IMG/VR virus record: IMGVR_UViG_3300043570_001980
Span: 1 to 64,000 of that record
DNA length: 64,000 bases
Reading direction: 5' to 3' (one strand)
Position 1 is the stretch's first letter. Each line of letters begins with the position of its first letter. Under the pieces are notes generated by a model. The model searched no databases, was not told the origin of the DNA, and saw nothing but the letters and a program-made list of their open reading frames with translations. This document shows positions 35,752 through 45,900 of this stretch, piece after piece. The translations under genes and the position numbers were made by a program.

Positions 35752-35816
35752 AATGATATGCTGATAAAAACAGCATACAAACTTTAACTTAATAGGCAAC
35801 TTTGAAAGGCAACATT

Positions 35817-36176
35817 ATGTCAGAATCTAAACTCTTTACAGTAGCAGGTACCGCAACTAACGCAGACGGTACCACAAAGGCTCGCTTTGCTAACGACCTC
35901 GTCGCTCGCATCAAGATCCTCAACAAGGCAGGATGCACAGCCATTAATTTGGTTGAACTCCCATCGCCCATGACAAAACTGCAGGCCCTGCAGTTCTTGC
36001 AAGACACACAAGGCTACACTGGTGATGCCAGCTATGCCGTAGCCAACAAGCTGTCTGAGAAGACCAAGCTTGCCAAGAAAGGCGAGATCAAGGTAACTGC
36101 AAAGTCTGCAAAGACTGTGGCAACCAAGGCTCCTGTTGCAAAAACAGAAGTAAAGGCTCCTGAAGCCCAAGTATAA
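35817..36176 (+). CDS. Protein with Lys/Ala-rich histone-like tail
   Basis: C-terminus KTKLAKKGEIKVTAKSAKTVATKAPVAKTEVKAPEAQV. Confidence 0.75.
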   Translation: MSESKLFTVAGTATNADGTTKARFANDLVARIKILNKAGCTAINLVELPSPMTKLQALQFLQDTQGYTGDASYAVANKLSEKTKLAKKGEIKVTAKSAKTVATKAPVAKTEVKAPEAQV

Positions 36177-36195
36177 GCGCAATGCTTATATTAAC

Positions 36196-36220
36196 AAGCG
36201 GCCCAAGAGGCCGCTTTTTT
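36196..36220 (+). terminator. Intrinsic terminator
   Basis: AAGCGGCC-CAAGA-GGCCGCTT then T run. Confidence 0.9.
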
Positions 36221-36297
36221 ATGGCCTCTTAATCTAAAACCATAAATTATTAGAGTGCCAAAAACACCATATCTTTGTATCAGTCATAATTAAAAAT

Positions 36298-36552
36298 ATG
36301 TTAGATGACAAAGTCTCAGAGGACACAATAAAATTACTACTCCTTGATTTATGCAAAGTAATGCACTCATATGGTTATAAAAAAATACGCATGGGACACA
36401 TAATGCGTCTTTTAGGAATGGATTCTAAGTCTGCTAGCAAGTACGATGAAGACTACATAGAGCTTAACCATGAGTTTGAAGATTTGATTCACGAAACTGA
36501 GCAATCTCTGTTAAACGATATAACAATACCAATCGGTACAACCATACATTAA
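36298..36552 (+). CDS. Hypothetical protein
   Basis: 84 aa. Confidence 0.6.
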   Translation: MLDDKVSEDTIKLLLLDLCKVMHSYGYKKIRMGHIMRLLGMDSKSASKYDEDYIELNHEFEDLIHETEQSLLNDITIPIGTTIH

Positions 36553-36553
36553 A

Positions 36554-36790
36554 ATGAGTATAAGCAATTTCAGAGCTCAAGAAGCTCTGTACATAGTTAT
36601 TCTGCGAGATAAGAATGCAGAGCAACTGCTCAAACAATGGGCCAAAGATTCAAATGTTCAGGTATCCATAGAAAATAATCGCATGAAGATATTTGAACAA
36701 CGAGGCCTATCTGTATTCCATTTGAATTGGTCACATGGTTGGGACAATATCACAATCTGGGATTGCTGGAACAAAAGACACATAGACTAA
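36554..36790 (+). CDS. Hypothetical protein
   Basis: 78 aa. Confidence 0.65.
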   Translation: MSISNFRAQEALYIVILRDKNAEQLLKQWAKDSNVQVSIENNRMKIFEQRGLSVFHLNWSHGWDNITIWDCWNKRHID

Positions 36791-36860
36791 GAGTGCCAAA
36801 AACCATTGACATTGGTGGCATTTAATCATAAAATACTAGAGTCAACTTAAGGAGATTACA

Positions 36861-37046
36861 ATGACACAACACGAACAAATCGTAGCCGCTTACGAAAGCT
36901 ACCTGGCAGAAAATGAGAAGTTTACCCAAAAGGGTGTTAAAGCGGCAGCCGCCCGTGCTCGCAAGGCCTTGCAAGAAATGAGCAAAGGCATCAAAGAGCG
37001 CCGTAAAGAAATCACAGCAGAAAAAGAAGCTTTGGCAACAAAATAA
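36861..37046 (+). CDS. Histone H1-like Hc1-family protein
   Basis: ENEKFTQKGVKAAAARARKALQEMSKGIKERRKEI; AAGGAG SD. Confidence 0.75.
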   Translation: MTQHEQIVAAYESYLAENEKFTQKGVKAAAARARKALQEMSKGIKERRKEITAEKEALATK

Positions 37047-37047
37047 A

Positions 37048-37221
37048 ATGACTCAGTCCTGGACTCTTACAGTTGAAGAAGACCCAGAAACCGGTGATGC
37101 TATTCTTAAGTTCCCAGAGGATTTATTAGAAGCTGCCGGTTGGCAAGAAGGTGATGTCCTTAATTGGACAGACTTAAAGGATGGATCATGGGAATTAAAA
37201 AAGATTATACAGAACAATTAG
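37048..37221 (+). CDS. AbrB/MazE-like DNA-binding protein
   Basis: ILKFPEDLLEAAGWQEGDVLNW. Confidence 0.65.
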   Translation: MTQSWTLTVEEDPETGDAILKFPEDLLEAAGWQEGDVLNWTDLKDGSWELKKIIQNN

Positions 37222-37739
37222 ATTTGTTTAATAGTATGTCCTCCACAACCGATACATTAAGTTTGGATTTAACAGACTCAACTGATGACAGTTCATGGCT
37301 TGATCAAGATACCATGGCGTCCTCTAATACTGTGGATACAATTACACTAGGGTCAGGATACGGGTCAATGACAATATCAGGTGGAAGCCCGGTGTACACA
37401 ATTGGACCAATAACAACCGGAGTTTCAGGGCCAGGATTTAATTGGAGCAACACAGGTGCAGCCTCATCCGGTGTGCATGTTAACTCTAATCAAGGCAGTG
37501 GCGTAATTGATGTCAAAGGTGAAAACGCTGATATCAAAATCAACGGAGTCAGTCTCAGTGACACACTAAAAGTAATTCAGGATCGTCTTAATTTATTACA
37601 ACCCAATCCTGAATTAGAAGCTGAATGGGACCAACTACGTGAAGTAGGCGACCAGTATAGAAAACTCGAAGCTGAGTTTAAAGAAAAAACCAAAATGTGG
37701 AATACACTCAAAAGCATGCCACCACCGGAGATCAAATGA
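37188..37739 (+). CDS. Hypothetical protein (Ser/Thr/Gly-rich N-half, coiled-coil C-end)
   Basis: Start uncertain. Confidence 0.65.
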   Translation: MGIKKDYTEQLDLFNSMSSTTDTLSLDLTDSTDDSSWLDQDTMASSNTVDTITLGSGYGSMTISGGSPVYTIGPITTGVSGPGFNWSNTGAASSGVHVNSNQGSGVIDVKGENADIKINGVSLSDTLKVIQDRLNLLQPNPELEAEWDQLREVGDQYRKLEAEFKEKTKMWNTLKSMPPPEIK

Positions 37740-38530
37740 CACCCAAGCAACGCATTAAACACATTACCAAGTGGATCAAAGACTACGCCCGTAGTGCCAA
37801 AGTTGATACCCTGGTTGTTGGCATTTCGGGTGGGATTGACAGCTCAGTTGTCAGCGCACTTTGTGCCAACACTGGACTAAAAACCATTGTGGTGCAAATG
37901 CCTATTAGGCAAAACAAGAAACTAGATAATCGCAGTTCAATGCAGGCTTCTTGGTTGTTGGATCGCTATCAAGAAAACGTCACACACATGAGCATGGACT
38001 TGACCAAAGTTTTTGATTCATTTGAAAAAAATCTCATACCTTACTGTAGGGAAAATGCAGATGAACAACGAGTTTATCTAGCTTTTGCCAACTCACGTGC
38101 TAGATTGAGAATGATGACCTTGTACCAAATTGCACAAAGCCATGGTGGTATTGTTGTGGGCACAGGCAATCGGGTAGAAGACTTTGGTGTGGGCTTCTTT
38201 ACCAAATACGGTGATGGCGGCGTAGATATCAGTCCTATTGGTGACTGCATGAAAACTGCTGTGTGGGACATGGGTCGTGAATTTGGCTTGCCACAAGAAA
38301 TCATTGATGCGGCTCCTACAGATGGCCTATGGACAGATGGTCGTACCGACGAAGATCAATTGGGTATGACTTATCCAGAATTAGAACAGGCCATGCACCA
38401 AGCAGAAACCAATTCGGGTGTTGATAATGCACAAGAAAAGAAAAGGCTCAAAGCATACCGTGCTATACGTGCCCGAAACTTGCACAAAATGGAACCAATT
38501 CCGGTTTGTAAAATACCAGTTGACCACTAA
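37736..38530 (+). CDS. nadE: NH3-dependent NAD+ synthetase
   Basis: GISGGIDSS, ANSRARLRM, VVGTGN..E...GFFTKYGDGG.D, AAPTDGLW..G.TDEDQLG. Confidence 0.95.
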   Translation: MTPKQRIKHITKWIKDYARSAKVDTLVVGISGGIDSSVVSALCANTGLKTIVVQMPIRQNKKLDNRSSMQASWLLDRYQENVTHMSMDLTKVFDSFEKNLIPYCRENADEQRVYLAFANSRARLRMMTLYQIAQSHGGIVVGTGNRVEDFGVGFFTKYGDGGVDISPIGDCMKTAVWDMGREFGLPQEIIDAAPTDGLWTDGRTDEDQLGMTYPELEQAMHQAETNSGVDNAQEKKRLKAYRAIRARNLHKMEPIPVCKIPVDH

Positions 38531-38548
38531 ATCTTGTTATGCTATAAT
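38520..38548 (+). promoter_or_regulatory. Sigma70 promoter
   Basis: TTGACC-N17-TATAAT; ATG at 38555. Confidence 0.85.
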
Positions 38549-38554
38549 AATAGC

Positions 38555-38818
38555 ATGAAACTTGTACACAATCACTGCGATATTGTTGTTGAAACTCGCC
38601 CGTTTATGCAGGACGTTATGGTCATACTAGAAGGTGGCCTCGATGCAGGCGACTGGAGGTGGGCTCGGAAAGAGTTTACAGCTCGGCACGAACGCTGGAT
38701 AAAATGGATGATCCAACACGGCTACGAAGCAGGCCGACACTACTGGCCCTGCAAAGAAGGCTATCGTTTTTCTTCCGGCGCCCTGGCCACAGCATTTGTA
38801 TTGGGAATAACAAAATGA
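38555..38818 (+). CDS. Small hypothetical protein
   Basis: Ends YRFSSGALATAFVLG. Confidence 0.65.
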   Translation: MKLVHNHCDIVVETRPFMQDVMVILEGGLDAGDWRWARKEFTARHERWIKWMIQHGYEAGRHYWPCKEGYRFSSGALATAFVLGITK

Positions 38819-39207
38819 GCATGCACTTACATCACCCTAGCTTGAGCCTTAACGGCAAGAAGCGTGGCAAAATCAAATTCCGTAATGCCGCAGAAGCACA
38901 ACGTGCTCGCGAACTCGAAGAGTCCTGGAAAGAACTACTAAAGACACAGGGCATTGAACAAGAAGAACGTCGACGTCGCCGTGCTATGACAGCCGAGCCA
39001 TTGACATATAAATTGAGCACACCTGCGGGTAGAGAAACTCCTAAAATTCCCAGTCTTGACACATGGGTCACTGGTGCTGTAACTATCAAACAAACTCCAC
39101 AGTACACAGGGACAAAGGTCAAAGGTATTGGTACCATGCACAAGAGCAATGCTGTCCCTATCTTTAGTGATGAGGAAGCCATTGAAATTTCAACAATGAG
39201 ACGATAA
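38815..39207 (+). CDS. Hypothetical basic protein
   Basis: Ends YTGTKVKGIGTMHKSNAVPIFS...ISTMRR; ATGA-coupled start. Confidence 0.75.
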   Translation: MSMHLHHPSLSLNGKKRGKIKFRNAAEAQRARELEESWKELLKTQGIEQEERRRRRAMTAEPLTYKLSTPAGRETPKIPSLDTWVTGAVTIKQTPQYTGTKVKGIGTMHKSNAVPIFSDEEAIEISTMRR

Positions 39208-39480
39208 ATGAACAAAGAAATTGTAGAAAAGTTAATTAAAAAAGTAGGAACAGATGTCAGTGGACGTTGGATGAGCATCATGGATGTAGAAAAACTAATT
39301 GAACTCACAGTTAGAGAATGCATTGAATTGATTGATCAAACTCCAACACATTGTGCATACACCTCCTACGATCTGAGTATTGTAAAATGTACATTGGAAA
39401 AATCAATTGACAAATTACACATGGATTTTGAACTAAAAAAACACCACAGCAAGGACTTTGATTATGACAGCATTTGTTGA
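39208..39480 (+). CDS. Hypothetical protein
   Basis: 90 aa. Confidence 0.65.
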   Translation: MNKEIVEKLIKKVGTDVSGRWMSIMDVEKLIELTVRECIELIDQTPTHCAYTSYDLSIVKCTLEKSIDKLHMDFELKKHHSKDFDYDSIC

Positions 39481-39613
39481 CGCAATGAATTTTTTCTTAG
39501 CAGGGTTTATTCTTGGCTTGTTTGGTCCAACACTTTATAAATTAATTCTAAAAATAATTGAAGAATTTAAACTAGCTAAACAACAATGGCGAGACAATGG
39601 GCAATCTCACTGA
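39464..39613 (+). CDS. 49-aa membrane peptide
   Basis: MTAFVDAMNFFLAGFILGLFGPTLYKLILKIIEEFKLAKQQWRDNGQSH*. Confidence 0.55.
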   Translation: MTAFVDAMNFFLAGFILGLFGPTLYKLILKIIEEFKLAKQQWRDNGQSH

Positions 39614-39836
39614 CTATTTTGAACGCAATGCTTATAAGCCAACTTGGTTTATTGGCGATCGCGTTGTAGGCAAATGGAATAAAATTCCCTTTGTTGGTAC
39701 TGTTGGCAATGATACTGTGATTAACCTGGTTGAGGGTCCTAGAGTTAGTGTACACTTAGACCTACCAATCAAGTATAAAGATACAGTACATAATGTTATA
39801 ATTGTCAAGCCAACTGACTTAAAAGTATTCAAATGA
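39597..39836 (+). CDS. Small SH3-like protein
   Basis: IGDRVVGKW...VSVHLD. Confidence 0.65.
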   Translation: MGNLTDYFERNAYKPTWFIGDRVVGKWNKIPFVGTVGNDTVINLVEGPRVSVHLDLPIKYKDTVHNVIIVKPTDLKVFK

Positions 39837-40678
39837 AAATTTATGTAACTAGCGATATCCATCTTGAGTTTGGAGATTGCATGATCAAGAACGAGGACAA
39901 TGCTGATGTGTTGATTCTTGGTGGCGACATCATGCTGGCACAAGACTTGCACGACCATCCTGAAAGCAACCAATTACTCACCGGGGCAATGTTGGAAACT
40001 CTGGGCTCTCGACAGAAAAATGCTGTGCGCTTTCGTGAGTTCTTGAGTCGCTGTAGCTTTCAATTTCCGCATGTGATCTATGTGGCTGGCAATCATGAAT
40101 TCTATCATGGCAAGTGGCCTATTGGCATCGAATACCTAAGAGAAGAATGTGTCAAGTTCCCCAACGTATACTTCATGGAAAACGACTCTAAAACCATCAA
40201 TGATGTCACCTTTGTTGGAAGCACATTGTGGACTGACATGAACCGAGGTGATCCACTGACCTTGCATGCCATTGCGGACATGATGAACGACTTCCGAATC
40301 ATCCGCAACAGTGATCTTGGTTTTACTACCCTGCGTCCAGCACATGTGGCACAGGCACACAAAAAGAGTGTGAGCTACATTAGATCAGTTGTAGCAGAAC
40401 AACATGATAGAAAGTTTGTGGTTGTGGGACACATGGCACCCAGTCGTATGAGTACTCATCCAAGATGGGCCAATGAACAGTTGATGAACGGTGGCTATAG
40501 CAGTAGTCTAGATGAGTTTATCCTGGATCACCCGCAGATTAAACTGTGGACACACGGGCACACCCATGAAGATTTTGACTATATGATTGGATCAACTCGT
40601 ATTGTGTGCAACCCACGTGGATACATCAACTACGAAGAACGTGCTGATCAATGGAAACCAAAGCTGGTGGAAATTTGA
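39833..40678 (+). CDS. Calcineurin-like metallophosphoesterase
   Basis: SDIHLE, GGD, AGNHE, GHMAP, HGHTH. Confidence 0.92.
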   Translation: MKIYVTSDIHLEFGDCMIKNEDNADVLILGGDIMLAQDLHDHPESNQLLTGAMLETLGSRQKNAVRFREFLSRCSFQFPHVIYVAGNHEFYHGKWPIGIEYLREECVKFPNVYFMENDSKTINDVTFVGSTLWTDMNRGDPLTLHAIADMMNDFRIIRNSDLGFTTLRPAHVAQAHKKSVSYIRSVVAEQHDRKFVVVGHMAPSRMSTHPRWANEQLMNGGYSSSLDEFILDHPQIKLWTHGHTHEDFDYMIGSTRIVCNPRGYINYEERADQWKPKLVEI

Positions 40679-40716
40679 CTAAGTAATTGTTTACTAAAAA
40701 GGAAATAATTTAAAAC

Positions 40717-40935
40717 GTGGCTAAAGAAGAAGGTTTCAGAATAGACGGGCAAGTGATCGACGTGTTGCCCAATGCAATGTTTAGAGTAAAACTTGCACAC
40801 ATGGAAGAGCCTGTAACAGGCGTAATTTCCGGAAAAATGCGACAACATAACATTAAGATTTTACTAGGCGACACAGTAGAAGTAGAGTTTAGTCCATACG
40901 ATCTCACACGTGGCCGTATCACTCGACGCCGGTAA
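40717..40935 (+). CDS. infA: Translation initiation factor IF-1
   Basis: MAKEE...[12 protein letters not shown]...[32 protein letters not shown]. Confidence 0.97.
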   Translation: MAKEEGFRIDGQVIDVLPNAMFRVKLAHMEEPVTGVISGKMRQHNIKILLGDTVEVEFSPYDLTRGRITRRR

Positions 40936-40938
40936 ATA
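40933..40938 (+). promoter_or_regulatory. Late-type promoter TAAATA
   Basis: Five nt before the SOD ATG. Confidence 0.55.
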
Positions 40939-40943
40939 CATGT

Positions 40944-41492
40944 ATGGAATTACGTGACCACATCAATCTAGTAGAAGCAAGTACCCGTCCTGCCAAGCTG
41001 GAAACCACCCCGCTACCTTATGGCAAGAAAGACCTTGAACCTGTCATGAGTGAAGAAACCATAGACTATCATTTTGAACACTTGGCCCGAGGCTACGCCA
41101 AGCGGTACAACGCAGGAGAAGGCAATGCGGATTTTAATCGTGCTGGCAGTTTTTTACACAACAAGTTTTTCCCTCAGCTTAGGGCTCCCAAAGGCGCCAA
41201 TAGACCAAAAGGTGCAGTACTTGCGCTGATAGAAGAAAAGTTTAAAACCTACGAAGATTTCAAAGACGCTTTCAAAGAAACTGCAATGAAAATTCAAGGA
41301 TCAGGTTGGGTATACTTGAGCACCGGTGGTGACATCAAGACCATTGCCAACCATGCTGTTCGCACAGATATATGCGTACTTATTGATTGGTGGGAACATG
41401 CCTGGGCACTGGATTACCAAGCAGACAAAGAACGCTATCTAGACAATATTTGGAAGATCATTGACTGGGACGTTTGCAACCAACGTCTATAA
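40944..41492 (+). CDS. Fe/Mn superoxide dismutase (compact)
   Basis: LPY..LEP.MS.ET..YH, FLHN, QGSGWVYL, DWWEHAW; four metal ligand positions appear present. Confidence 0.92.
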   Translation: MELRDHINLVEASTRPAKLETTPLPYGKKDLEPVMSEETIDYHFEHLARGYAKRYNAGEGNADFNRAGSFLHNKFFPQLRAPKGANRPKGAVLALIEEKFKTYEDFKDAFKETAMKIQGSGWVYLSTGGDIKTIANHAVRTDICVLIDWWEHAWALDYQADKERYLDNIWKIIDWDVCNQRL

Positions 41493-42559
41493 TATCCAGA
41501 AATGGAATAAAAGTGTATTCAGTTTATCAGCATTGGGATCCATTAAAGGTAATGTCGGTGGGCATTAGCTATCCTCCTGAACTGTACGATTATATCACAA
41601 ACAAAAAAGTTCGTGAAGTATTTTATCAAATTGCCAACGAAACAGAACAAGATTACCAAAATCTAATCAAGTTATTAAACAGCTTTGGTGTAGAAACTGT
41701 CAGACCTGACATTGATGCCATGGTGGATCGTGCCCAGTACAGTATTAAAAATAATCAGCCTGTACCAGGACCCTGGGAAATGCAACCTAGAGATAATTCA
41801 ATAATGCTAGGAGAAACGTTTTATTTTTTAGGAAATAAAAAAACAAACTCCTCAATATTGTCATTGATAGAAAAACAAGGCAATCAAATTGAATTTCCAA
41901 TTGATACCGGATTTGAGTACATGGGCATGTCTGTCAAAATGAACGCCGCAATGACCACTCGCATTGGTAAAGATTTAATTGTGGGAACGTATCAAGAAGA
42001 ACCGGGCAAATATGCACTGAGTAATTTACAAAAGAACTTGCAGAGTAAATTACCAAACTATCGTGTTAAAATGATGGACACCAGCGGACACACAGACGGA
42101 TGTTTTTGTCCTGTGGTTCCTGGGCTGATATTAAGTATAATGCAACCCTATAATTACACAGAAAACTTTCCTGATTGGGAAATAGTTTACTTGCCGGGCG
42201 AGTCCTGGGAAAAAGTGCAACCGTTTCTAACTTTAAAACAAAAAAATCAAGGCAAATGGTGGGTTCCAGGGCAAGAGTTAAATCAAGATTTTACTGATTA
42301 CGTAGAAAGCTGGATGAATCATTGGGTGGGATACGTAGAAGAATCAGTGTTTGATGTAAATATGATTGTTGTTGACAAACAAAATGTCATTGTAAACGGA
42401 TACAACAAAACAGTATTTGATGCGTTTAGCAGGCATGGGGTTACTCCTCATATATGTAATTTCCGGCATAGGTATTTTTGGGATGGTGGATTACATTGTA
42501 TTACCAACGATTTACACCGTGAGGGTGTGATGCAGGATTATTTTCCTGGCAGGGGATAG
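41474..42559 (+). CDS. Amidinotransferase (glycine/inosamine-phosphate type)
   Basis: WDPLK, PRD, GHTDG, FDVN, RHRYFWDGGLHCIT (catalytic Cys). Confidence 0.85.
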   Translation: MQPTSIISRNGIKVYSVYQHWDPLKVMSVGISYPPELYDYITNKKVREVFYQIANETEQDYQNLIKLLNSFGVETVRPDIDAMVDRAQYSIKNNQPVPGPWEMQPRDNSIMLGETFYFLGNKKTNSSILSLIEKQGNQIEFPIDTGFEYMGMSVKMNAAMTTRIGKDLIVGTYQEEPGKYALSNLQKNLQSKLPNYRVKMMDTSGHTDGCFCPVVPGLILSIMQPYNYTENFPDWEIVYLPGESWEKVQPFLTLKQKNQGKWWVPGQELNQDFTDYVESWMNHWVGYVEESVFDVNMIVVDKQNVIVNGYNKTVFDAFSRHGVTPHICNFRHRYFWDGGLHCITNDLHREGVMQDYFPGRG

Positions 42560-42601
42560 TGTGAAAAACATCACCATGTACAACTATAATATACATACAT
42601 T

Positions 42602-42922
42602 ATGAACATATCAGAATCAGCAGTTACTCGGCTTAGAGAGTTAAAACTTGAAGAAAACAACCCCAATCTCAAATTCCGTGTGTTTGTGCAAGGTGGCGGA
42701 TGTTCGGGTTTCCAATACGGATTTACCTTTGATGAAGAACAAAATGAAGACGATTTTGATTTTAAGTTTGACGATTTAACTATTGTGGTTGATTCTATGT
42801 CAATGACCTACATGCAAGAATGTGAAATTCGCTTTGATGAAAACGAATGGGGCAGTAGTTTTGTAATCAACAACCCGCAGGCTGCCACCACCTGCGGATG
42901 CGGATCAAGCTTTAGCGTTTAA
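42602..42922 (+). CDS. A-type Fe-S carrier (IscA/ErpA/HesB)
   Basis: GGGCSGFQY, NPQAATTCGCGSSF. Confidence 0.95.
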   Translation: MNISESAVTRLRELKLEENNPNLKFRVFVQGGGCSGFQYGFTFDEEQNEDDFDFKFDDLTIVVDSMSMTYMQECEIRFDENEWGSSFVINNPQAATTCGCGSSFSV

Positions 42923-42942
42923 CTGCAAATCTAACATGCGCA

Positions 42943-42966
42943 GGTTTGCGGTAAATACTGCAAACC
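42943..42966 (+). promoter_or_regulatory. Late promoter at a hairpin apex
   Basis: GGTTTGCGG-TAAATA-CTGCAAACC. Confidence 0.6.
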
Positions 42967-42982
42967 AAAAGGATCTAGGCGC

Positions 42983-45900
42983 ATGTCCCAAGAAATTATC
43001 AATTACGGAGCCGCACCCAATGACGGCACAGGTGATCCGTTACGTGTAGCATTCATAAAAACCGACAATAATTTTGACCAAATCTGGGCCGCCGGTCCTG
43101 TTGGCTCAAATATTACCATACTCAACAACACCATACAGGTTACCAATACCAATGGTAATCTAACGCTGGCCACCAACGGAACTGGTGTTATTTCTACTAG
43201 AAATCATGTGCGCCCAAATATATCGCAGGTGTATGATATTGGTACCGCAAATCTACGATATCGGTTGGGTTATTTTACTGGCCTAAACATTGACGGCAAC
43301 GTGACAATTACAGGAAACTTGTCAGCAGGAAATATCAGTTACACCAGCAACGTTTTTGTTGGGGATTTAAAAGGTAGTGTGTTTGCAGATGACAGCACCA
43401 TAATGGTTGATGCCATTGACAATGTACTACGAGCCGGGGCAATTTACACAGATGACTATTTCTATGCCAATGGATCACCACTGGTATCCAGCTACGGCAA
43501 TGCCAATGTTACTGCATTGCTGGGCAATTTGGGCAGTAATACTATCAGCGGCACAGGTAACATCACAAGCACTGGTAACATTTCAGGTGGAAATATTCTT
43601 GGCAATGGTAGACAACTAACTGGCATTGTAAGTTCATATGGCAATAGTAATGTCACCACATTGTTGGGCAATTTAGGTAGTAATACTATCAGCGGAACAG
43701 GTAACATCACAAGCACTGGCAACATTTCAGGTGGATTTATTTTAGGTAACATCAGCCTAGCAAATGGATTTCCGGCAACATATGGCAATAGTAATGTCAC
43801 AACTTTGTTGAGCAATTTAGGTACCAATGTCATCAGTGGAACAGGCAACATCACAACCACCGCCAACATTTCTGGTTCTTACGTCAAAGGCAACGGCAGT
43901 CAACTCACTGGAATTTCAACTGCCGACACAGGCAATGTGACCTTTGATGATGTCAACATCATTGGCACAGGTAACTTAAATCTACAACCAAATGGTAGCA
44001 GTAGCGAATATTTAAATATTTACTTGACCGGGGCCGCGGATATACATGTGGCAGCCGGTGGTGGTAGTGGAAATGTAATTTTGGGCACAGATGAAGAAGC
44101 CAATGTTGCTGTTTTACAGGGCGGCAACGTGGCCATACAGGCCGGTAATGTTGCTGGAACCAAAACCTGGACATTTGACACCGCTGGCAACTTGACCTTG
44201 CCATTGAATAGTGTTGTTTATGAAACCAACATTCCGGATCAGGGACTTAGTGGTAGTGCCATTGCTTTAAAACCAACAGGTGGAACCAATGCTGATCAAG
44301 AGTTGTTGATTTATCCCACAGTCAATGATGCAAATCACTTGCACTTGACCACGGGCAACTTATACAACACAGAGTTGTTCTTAGGTGACGATAACCTGTA
44401 CGTCAAACTGGCCAACACCGGTAATATAGTGATCAACAGCAATGACGATGTGGGCAACTCAGCACAATGGACATTTGATCCCACTGGTAACTTGACCTTG
44501 CCATTAGGCAGTATTGTTTATGAAACCAACATTCCGGACCAATCACTTAGTGGTAGTGCCATTGCTTTAAAACCAACAGGTGGAACTACTACCAATCAAC
44601 AGTTATTGATTTATCCAACAGCGAATGACGGTGACCATATACACATGACAAGTGGAAACTTGTATACAACCGAGTTGTTCTTAGGTAGTGATAACTTCTA
44701 TGTCAAGTTAGCAAATACAGGTAATGTTGTTATCAATACCAACGACAACGCAGGCAACACAGCACAGTGGACCTTTGGCACAGGTGGTACTACACAATTC
44801 CCTAATAGCGTAATACTAGCACCAGTTAGTGAAAGTATCACTATGCAGAGTGATCAATATTCACAGTTGATGTGGCAAAACGCTAATGTAATCGTGGCCC
44901 CAAATATGGCCATTAACTCAAACTTCTATGTATCACAAAACAATGCTACCTTGGATATTGCCAAACGCGATGGTAGTGGTACTCAAGTAACCAAATCGTG
45001 GTATTGGAATGCAGATGGCACCCTAACATTACCAACCGCTGGTCGAATAAATTTTGATTATCTTTCTATCAGCAGTGATGCCAATGTTTCGGCATTTTAT
45101 GCTCCGGCTGGAAATGTTCAACTTGCTGCCGGCATTGGTGATGCACAAATAGTTGCAAATTCTCTAAATGATTCTAAGACCTGGACCTTTGGCAACACTG
45201 GTAATTTAACTGCTCCTGGCAACGTCAGTGCTGTGGGCAATGTCACTGCTGGTAACATATCAGCTGGATCAGGCACTATAACTGGCGGAAATATCAATGG
45301 TGCAAATTTCAATGGCAATGTAGCATTTGGCACTGGTACAGTAGGAGGTTCTGGCAACATCACAGGTGGCAACATCTTAACTGCAGGCATTGTCAGTGCC
45401 ACTGGCAACGTGTCTGGTAACTTTTTTATTGGTAATGGTAGCCAGTTAACTGGCATAGCCTCAAGTTATGGCAATGCCAATGTGGCCACATTCTTGGCTG
45501 CATATGGTAGCAATACTATCACAACCACAGGAAACATCACAGCCGGTAACTTGATTGGTAACATTTCAATTACCAGCAATGTGGTCGGTACGCAGGCAAA
45601 TGTTACCCTAGTTGCCGGCAGTTATTCCACTGTGTTTGACAACACCGGAAACTTGACTCTACCTGGCAATACTTTTGCTGTGAACTATGCCAACAACACC
45701 CCGGTGCCTGTGGTCACAAGGGTTGAGGGTTCCTGGACGGTGCCTGTGGGCAACAGCACCCAGAGTTTCACTGTGCCGATCAACAACACATATCAACTAT
45801 GGGTCAACTGCAACATACCCAACGGTATCATAGTCTACAATGCCACGGTCAGTGTGTCCAACACCAACGTGCCAGCAATAGGATATCAGTATGCCTGGAA

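Noticed and set aside
35638-35787. ORF between the tandem promoters
   Set aside because: It runs through the palindrome and second promoter and has no protein-like features. Not listed as a CDS, although its ATG sits at the predicted +1.
38659-38814. N-terminal extensions in the ORF track (also 12686-14374, 21847, 29996, 30815, 31151, 59332)
   Set aside because: They overlap upstream genes or promoters; downstream starts have SD, coupling or promoter support.
39464-39613. Apparent TGA read-through after 39480
   Set aside because: On recount the downstream peptide has its own ATG start at 39464/39485; no recoding is needed.
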